Part shown: in pieces, positions 56,694-64,000 of the stretch
Layout: each line of letters starts with the position of its first letter
Position numbering within the stretch: the first letter of the stretch is position 1
Origin: Perkinsela sp. CCAP 1560/9
Taxonomy: Eukaryota > Protista > Euglenozoa: Kinetoplastea
DNA length: 64,000 bases
NCBI GenBank assembly: GCA_965644495.1
Contig: CBFFSA010000009.1
Coordinates: forward strand, 1 to 64,000
Direction: 5' to 3'
Program-made: the position numbers and the translations under genes
The notes under the pieces: generated by a model
What the model was told of the DNA's origin: nothing
The model's database searches: none
Seen by the model: only the letters and a program-made list of their open reading frames with translations

Positions 56694-58843
56694 CATACCC
56701 TTGCGGGTCCGACGGGTCCGGATCCATGTGGGTCCATGGACCCTGGTCCGTGCTGGTCCGGACCCAGGTCCGGGACCCCCCGGACCCACTTGGATGGTCA
56801 GCCTCAAGTTTCAATTTAAATCGCTGGTATTAGAAAACTAGCACAGTGAAGGTCATATTTACTTCACAGACAGTTCGCTCTGGTTGTTGCATACCTTCCG
56901 GGCTAAGAGGGGGGCAACGCGCCTGCAGTTTCATCGTACAAACGTGTAGCATTGGTACAATATTACGTACTTAACATCAAAAATCTTTTGGTAATAACAA
57001 CTTTGGATACATGCAGTGCACCTACAATCTTACACAAGGGCAAACGTTTCTTCCTCTTTTCCTTTCCTACTCTCTATCTCTCTCCCCGGCTCTCGCCATC
57101 GACCCGCTTCAAACGCGGCAGCCGGCTTCACAAGGATTCCAGTCATGGGACAACCCCATCTACCTCGGCCCCTAGAGGACAATCTTCCTCCCCTCTACGT
57201 CGAGCAAATAGCTCCCACGCCAATGACGGCGTCGCGGAGCTACACCATCTCCGTCGAAGAACTGAAGAGAGCCGCCCGGACCTAGATGTCCGCCCTAAAC
57301 AGTTGTTCTCACGGGAATGCGATTTTTGTGGTGCTCTTTTTTCTGCAGAGAGGCGTGACATGCGCTACTGCCACAACTGCCCGAACCTCCGATCACAGCA
57401 GAGAGACGACTCCAATGGCCGTAACCCGGACGGAGAAACTACTTCCACCGGAACGTCACCTCGGGGGCGCGAACGAAGCTCCTCTCGGGCTAGGCACCGG
57501 TCCGCTAGCAGGCACGACCAGCAGGAGGGGAATCCTTCACCCATCCTGAGGAAGTCTGCTCACGTTACCTTCGCACCCCCCCCCCCAACACGGAACCTCC
57601 CGCCGCTCCTCCGCGAATGTTATAGGCAAGACGGCGGGGGGAAACAGCAACCCAGGCGGATCACTCCTACCGACCGCGACACAACCGAAATCGATGAGGA
57701 CCTTGACAAACTCCCCACCAGGTCTCAACAATTTAGGACCCTCGAAGAGGTGCGCCAAAGGCTCCTCCCTGACCCCATGAATCTGCGCCGGGGGACAGAA
57801 GGTCCGAGCCGATGCCTGTTTGCTTGGAGGCTGGCGGCAGCCATGCGTCAAGTGTACGCCGTTACCTCCCTCATGGAACAGGAGGCACTCACGAGAAGGG
57901 CACTCACTTTGGACTCACTCTGGGGCCTCTTCGAGGTTCAAAAAGCTATTGAGGAACGCTCTGCCCCCCGGGCACACGTGTGTGCCGAGAGCCACACATC
58001 ACCACCTCATAGGCCTGCAGGCCCACATCCTGAACGGGAATGCCCCGAAGCGCACGCGGAAAGCATCGTACGAACCTTTGAGAAGTCATGCCGGGGCGAC
58101 CACGACCTCAAACGAGAACGCTGGTCGGAGTTCCCGAGCCTTTTCAAAGAATGTTTCTCCGTGGCAGCGCAATTCTCTACAGCAGGATTCCCCACTCTCG
58201 AAGGAAATCCTCCATGGCCTCATCTTGCTGTACCTCCACAGCACCATTTCCACACCCCTGCCTACTGCTATAGAATTTCTTGCTATTCTACTGCTCACTC
58301 AATGGCAAAGAAGCGATTGAAGCGTCAAGGGAGCGTTTTGGGAAGGAAATCAGGTAGACAGAGTGCAAGCAATCGCCGAGAAGTGCAACGGGAGCCTCCG
58401 CAAGCATGGAGGGGAATCTATGGTCAGTAGAACAGAAGACTCATTGACACGAAAGGCCTTGCATGCTCGTAGAACAATTTTAGGTCCACCATTACAACTC
58501 CACTTAGGTGCACCATTACAACTCCCTTTTGCGTTTCTGAAAAAAGGTTGCCTGTAACTGCGTCCGCGCGGTCAACCGCTACCTACGATGCTAGTCTAAG
58601 GAAAAACTTAGAAACGATGAATAACCTACGCTATTACCACCACCCGCTTATTACATTGATTACATGACCCAGGTATACTTGTATTGCTCTTATTTTAAAT
58701 CTGGCGGTATTTTTACAAAGTTTTTTATTATGGCCCTAAGGATATTTCCTACGTGGGTCCGTGGGTCCGAAGTAGGTCCGTGGGGTCCGGGACCTGGGTC
58801 CGGACCCACGACCCAAAAAAGGTATGGCATAAGTAAGTATATC
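56694..58843. mobile_element. Insertion with GGGTCC/GGACCC-rich inverted ends splitting a SWIM-finger sequence
   Basis: CATACC / GGTATG ends, GGGTCC arrays at 56704-56790 and 58754-58815, ATATAC duplicated at 56689-56694 and 58844-58849. Confidence 0.7.
56952..58430 (+). CDS. Hypothetical ORF with CxxC-x12-CxxC and R/S/P-rich region, possibly retroelement ORF1-like; C-terminal part may be out of frame
   Basis: 492 open codons, GC-rich, CDFC..CHNC; start uncertain. Confidence 0.4.
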   Translation: MVQYYVLNIKNLLVITTLDTCSAPTILHKGKRFFLFSFPTLYLSPRLSPSTRFKRGSRLHKDSSHGTTPSTSAPRGQSSSPLRRANSSHANDGVAELHHLRRRTEESRPDLDVRPKQLFSRECDFCGALFSAERRDMRYCHNCPNLRSQQRDDSNGRNPDGETTSTGTSPRGRERSSSRARHRSASRHDQQEGNPSPILRKSAHVTFAPPPPTRNLPPLLRECYRQDGGGKQQPRRITPTDRDTTEIDEDLDKLPTRSQQFRTLEEVRQRLLPDPMNLRRGTEGPSRCLFAWRLAAAMRQVYAVTSLMEQEALTRRALTLDSLWGLFEVQKAIEERSAPRAHVCAESHTSPPHRPAGPHPERECPEAHAESIVRTFEKSCRGDHDLKRERWSEFPSLFKECFSVAAQFSTAGFPTLEGNPPWPHLAVPPQHHFHTPAYCYRISCYSTAHSMAKKRLKRQGSVLGRKSGRQSASNRREVQREPPQAWRGIYGQ

Positions 58844-59075
58844 ATATACTTACGGTCTGTCTGACCTTTTACCTTATACTTGTACTCCTCGCTATTTGTG
58901 ACACCATAACGGCGCCTAAGAGTAATATGCTCTGTGATGGCTCTCCCTAAACGTGGGTGAAGGTCATTTCTTTCTTCTTGAACCTGAATTTGAACGTCAG
59001 TCTCAAATTCGTTTTCCAGCTTGCTGTTTTTTGAAGAGTGGCGTCAAAGAATAATCATGAGTTTCTGAACGCGGT

Positions 59076-59450
59076 TTACAAGCGGTTTTTTAATTTTTTT
59101 TTACATAAAAATCCAGCTCTTGAATTGCACCGCCCAATCACTCTTCTCCACGTATGGAATGACTTTCTGCACCGACGCTTAATCACTGAATGAGCTGATT
59201 CTGCGTTGTTCGTGTGTACTGTTAGCTCGGGGGAATGTTCTCTCGAAAAATCGTCAGCATGACATATGGTATGGTATGAGGCCGACAAAACCTTTCGATA
59301 CCCTGATACGGTCTCCATTCATCCGTCGGAACCAGGGAGTTTCGACCAGCAATTGCAGATCGAACGAAATCATGGCACACCTGCTTGTTACGATGATATA
59401 CGGCCTTCCAATGAGTTTGAATAGACTTACCTTGAATAGTAGTCTACAGG
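59076..59450 (-). pseudogene. Merlin / IS1595-like transposase remnant
   Basis: TDEWRPY (other frame), HTICHADDF, VHTNNAESAHSVIKR. Confidence 0.8.
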
Positions 59451-60924
59451 TAAGAACCCTCCTACAGTAGAAGGGTTAACCTCAGTGGCGGTCGTAAACC
59501 AGAATTCGCGACGTTATTCTCGATGTCCACGGTTGTGCAATCTTTGGAGGGGTGGTGAAGTAAGGAGGGTGTCAGATTTTTCCCCAGACAACTTATCACC
59601 TCTTTACACAGCCGGAGGGGTGCACTGCAACCGACTGTTGCATCGGGGTAAGGCGAGGTAGAGCCACGCCCAGTGCTCTTCAAAGGGGGGGACACAGATG
59701 GCGGACAAAGATCGATGCACAAGGGTTCTTGGTGCAACTTTCTTGGTGAAGACGACGCCATCATACCTGGATTTTAAACCACAGTCCGGTTTAACGTTCC
59801 GAGGGGGAATGTTAACGGCTACAGGAATGCTACTTAGCTGCAGGAATGATGACTTTTGAAGAATGTCTTGGGTTCGTCGACGCAACGGGTTGGTAGCAGC
59901 ACGTTGTTCCCGCCTTGTACTAACGAAAACAGGTAGAGGACTTCGGCCTCGAAACTTCCAAATCTATCTGTGAAGGGTCTGGCTTGCCAATGACCGATCG
60001 GAGCAATCCGGAATGACTTAGATTCGTTAAACCATTTCTAATTCAGAACGGTTTTCTTCCATGTGAGTTTTATCATCGCTTTGATCATAAAGTTGCGCCA
60101 CAGCGTCTTGTAGTTCTAAAATATAAATTGGTGTTCAATAGGTTATGTTCTGCGACATCATTTAAATTTTACGATGTAAGAAATTTTCATGGGGGGAAAG
60201 TTAAAAACGCATGGGACATCGTACACAAGTCAAAAGAAACATAAAATATAGAATGCAACACGAGGTATTACAACACTCAAGAAAAGGAAATTATGCTCTA
60301 TAAATTGATCGAACTTTGAATCACTTATTCACCCCCCTTACTTCACCACAAAGTACGGGTTTTGGACCAAAAAGTGGTGGCTAAGTAAGGGGGGGTAACG
60401 GTACCACTTTTTGAATGATATTTTGCCGTAAAACAGTGTTTATTCGTAATTTTAAATCTCTCCACCTCCTAGGGTCAGACCCTAAAGTAAAAGTACTACT
60501 CCTCATCTCATTCATTTTTATAAATATAAATTATAAAAAGAAAGAAAATTTAGATTTAGATTTATAATTATAAAAATCAATGAGAATGCTTTCCAAAGAT
60601 ACCGGAGACCCGCCAGTAAGAGACCCCCGGTAAGAGAGATTGGCTCGGGAGGCTGGCTGGTTGGCGGGGCTGAGCGGGCGGGGGTTGTTGGACGGGTAAG
60701 GGTGGGTGAGCGGGGTGAGGGTGATTGGGAGGGTTGTGATGGCTGTGATACGAAGTTGTCTTTTCTTCTTTCCGCGAAGACAAAGCTTCGAGTTTTATTC
60801 CTAGACTGATGACCGGTTCACGATCTGATACCTACCTAAGGTTTTCTTATTCAGAGCCTGCTTGGCCTGCTTACCCATGTAGGCAGAAATGGATTAAGAG
60901 GAGAAAGACCAAAGCTTAACTTTG

Positions 60925-61304
60925 CAGTGCCGGGCTTTATTACGGGACGGATTAATTAAGGAACACCCCCCCATCAAGACCAAAGTGTCCCGTAATTAAC
61001 CGTCCCTCAATTCTCCATTTTTTTCCAAGGCTCTACTACCTATACCTTTTTCTTTCAATTACCTTCCTCTATTTGTGACAAATAGAGGACAAAAGGAGAC
61101 AAATTGTCTCCTTTTCGTTCCCTCATCTTACAAATATATTTTTAGAATAATTAAAAAATATAATTTTAGATAACTTACGCGCTCTGTGACTTGGGCGCTA
61201 CTTGTAGTTGTTTTGACCCATTCCAAAAGCGTGACCCCACCCCCACATTGTCCCTTAAATACCGATCCCGTAATTAAACCGTCCCGTAATAACACCACGC
61301 ACTG
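60925..61304. mobile_element. MITE
   Basis: CAGTGC..TTATTACGGGACGG.TTAATTA.GGGA inverted at both ends. Confidence 0.7.
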
Positions 61305-62532
61305 TAATCTTACTTTCTATTTTCATATTTTATTTTTCTGTGTTCCTATCTGCTCCTTCCCCCACCCCTTTTTTGGGGTCAACTGCAGTCGAAATGTACC
61401 CTAAATGGTTTTCTAAAAACTGTATATTTCTATCACATGTGTTCTTTTTTTGTTTTTACGCAATTTTTCACATAAATAAGACGATTTACCGATAATTTCT
61501 GCCTCGTCTACAATTCTATAGGTCTTCTGATGAAAATTCCGATGTTACTATATCCCCCCTCGGCGTACTGTGCGTAAGTAATGTAATAAATACTGTGCCC
61601 CCCCACTTATTTATCGTAGTCCCACCCCCCCACTTAATTGTCCTTTTTGACGAGACTGGGCAGGAGGCGCCGCGAAGCGGCGCCGGATTTTTTTTTTTTG
61701 GGGGGGGGGCAATTTTTCCCTACGAACCTCATACAGTGTATCAGAACCCGACGTCAGTAAGTAGTGTTGTTTGTATATACTTTCTACTTCATGTTTTTCA
61801 TATCACAATACGCTATACCTAGCTACGTTTTTTTTCTTTGAAACTTTGTCCACCTCTTCCACAGAGTTTTGACGCGTCTGTGGCAGTATAAAGAGTTACT
61901 CCTGTTGTGCGCGGTTCGCTGGCTTGGTTCCAGGTTCGGTCTATGGCCAGTCGGAAAATATCCGATTTTCCAGTGTTCCATTGCAAGAGAAGTACGCTAG
62001 ATAATCTTGAATCCCAATTATGGGATTCATTGGCATGCCCCTGACTTGTACATTCGAAGAGGAGTTCCATAGCATAATCCACTTCATATAGCGGTTTGCG
62101 TGCGATTCTGAGTACCTAAAGGAGCCGTGCAATCCAGCGTACTGCCGTACAAACAGTAAAGTCATCATAAGTAGACTTTGGTGTCAGACTGTGGTGAGAC
62201 CGTTTCACTATGAACTCGCCAAAAAAGAATGTCCTTCCATTCGTATTCAACTCCCGAAAAATTGGCCTTCAGACTTTCGCAGAATGGTTTTGGTTCTTTC
62301 CAGTACGCCTGTAAAATTTTGGAATCCTCCCTCGAACAACCATTCCCCACCACCACCACTCCCTTCTTCCCTCACTGCGAACAGTCATTTCCCACCACCA
62401 TCCCGGTCGTCTCGCCCATGGCTCCTTGATGCTTGGGTTACAATATGGCCTCCTGCCCCACGAGTCGGTGCTCTATCAAACCCCATACCTTATAGCGGTT
62501 TGACAAAAGAAACTACTACAACTATAAACTTT

Positions 62533-63440
62533 ATTGCGGTGGTGGTAAAACTACCGCTCTACACTCGATTATTGAAAAAAAAGTGAACAAAGACTGAACA
62601 AAAACAGTGAAAATATAAAGAGGAACACAGTAATATAATAGAAGAAAAAAATATAAAAGGGGGCTCCGGTGGTCCAAAACTGAAAATTTTTTTTGAAAAA
62701 AATGGGGGGTCCAGGGGGGGGGGTCCAGGGGGGAGGGCATGGTCGAGCAAATTTTTTCGAAAAAATTAGTTTTCGAAAAAAAAACCGCAGAAAGGGTAGC
62801 CGGGGTCTTGGCGCGCATTTTCCACCCCCCTACCCGGGGGTGACCCCCCCGCGTATCCGCAGGACGGGTCCGCCAAGTTCGGATTTTTTCGGAAATTTTT
62901 TTTTGAAAAAAATTTCAACTTGGCGAAAAAAATGACAAAAAAAATATTTTTCCAAAATCGTTTCCCCTATTGTATTTTGATAGTTTGGGACCTACACTAG
63001 CTTTCTACGCAGTTGTTTTCGCAAGGTATCACTTCTTCGAACCGTGGTGCGCCCCTCAAAATGACCCATTTTTGACTAAAAAAGGTGAAAAAGTATTTTT
63101 CGGACCTAAAGGGGCATTTTTGTGTCGAAAGAATGGTATTGTTGGAGTCGCATTCTCTACCCAATACGTTCGGTAGGCTTCCATTCATGCCTACGAGTGA
63201 TTTCCCACGCGCAAATGTCGGATTTAGTGCTCTGAGAGCAAAAATACGCGAAAATCACCCCATTTTTACCCGAAATTAGGCTATTTTTGGCTATAATCTT
63301 TCCGTTTTCCAGGCTAAATTTTCTTTTTTAGGCTCTTCGTTAAACGCGGCGGTAGTTTTCAACGCGAAGCGCGCAGCATGAGTGACTTCTAAGTTGAAAG
63401 CAACCACCGCGTTTAACGAAGAGCCTAAAAAAGAAAATTA
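62533..63440 (-). mobile_element. Family H element
   Basis: Near-identical reverse complement of 51602..52507. Confidence 0.93.
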
Positions 63441-64000
63441 GTACGGGAAAGGTAGAAAAACTACTCATACGATAAAGATACCGTTTCTGTAAAGCCAACT
63501 TTATCCAAACGCTTTGGAGATTCCTAAAATAATGAAAAAAGCCTCTTCCTAAAATAATGAAATGAATCCGTCTTGCACTACTCTAATTAAGTGCGTAAAA
63601 AAGTTTTTAATAATATTCTTGAATCTGATCGTACTGTTTTAAGTTTCAACAGATGCCTCAAAGTTTGCAAAAAAAAATGGTGGCGAAAAAGTGAAAAAAT
63701 GGTAATACTAAATTCATATTTTATTGGTTCCCAGTTTTATTCTCTATATGATATGCGCAAACAAGCGTCACCGAGATTTGCAAAATGCAACAAAAATTAG
63801 CCCAAACGAAGACTTTACACAAATTTTAGAGGGGGTGACTTATCGTGTCCCTAGGTTTATACACAAAAAAAAATATTTTTTTGACAAAATGCGTTTGAAG
63901 TAAAAATGCGGGAAACAATATGTATTCCACTCGAGTGCGCTATTATATGTAAGAAAGTGGTAGTAGTAAATTCATATTTTATTGGTTCCCAGTTTTATTC

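Noticed and set aside
60826-60860. Hammerhead ribozyme (CTGATGA)
   Set aside because: No properly placed stem II and GAAA core.

Overview
Eukaryotic, intron-free, extremely transposon-rich accessory region. A near-perfect kinetoplastid-type spliced-leader (SL) relic at 14520-14548 and single-strand gene organisation suggest a euglenozoan, probably kinetoplastid, host (inference). The only clear host genes are ten paralogous leucine-rich-repeat (LRR) genes, all on the + strand. Close paralogs show clustered amino-acid changes at exposed LRR positions and whole-repeat deletion. Between them lie deeply nested mobile elements: two intact Tc1/IS630-like elements with an unusual DD32E triad plus decayed relatives, an intact IS30-family element (DD33E, imperfect ~25-bp IRs, CC target duplication) plus two decayed IS30 relatives, an 8.1-kb hAT element with an 8-bp TSD holding up to three further nesting levels, a pogo-like element with a Ulp1-like protease domain, a Merlin/IS1595 remnant next to a split SWIM finger, many TA-flanked MITEs, and at least seven copies of a ~0.9-kb TSD-less element with asymmetric terminal hairpins. 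Best candidates for something new: resident eukaryotic IS30 elements, an SL-headed dispersed retroposon-like family, and the diversifying LRR array. All alignments and counts were done by eye; boundaries may be off by a few bases.
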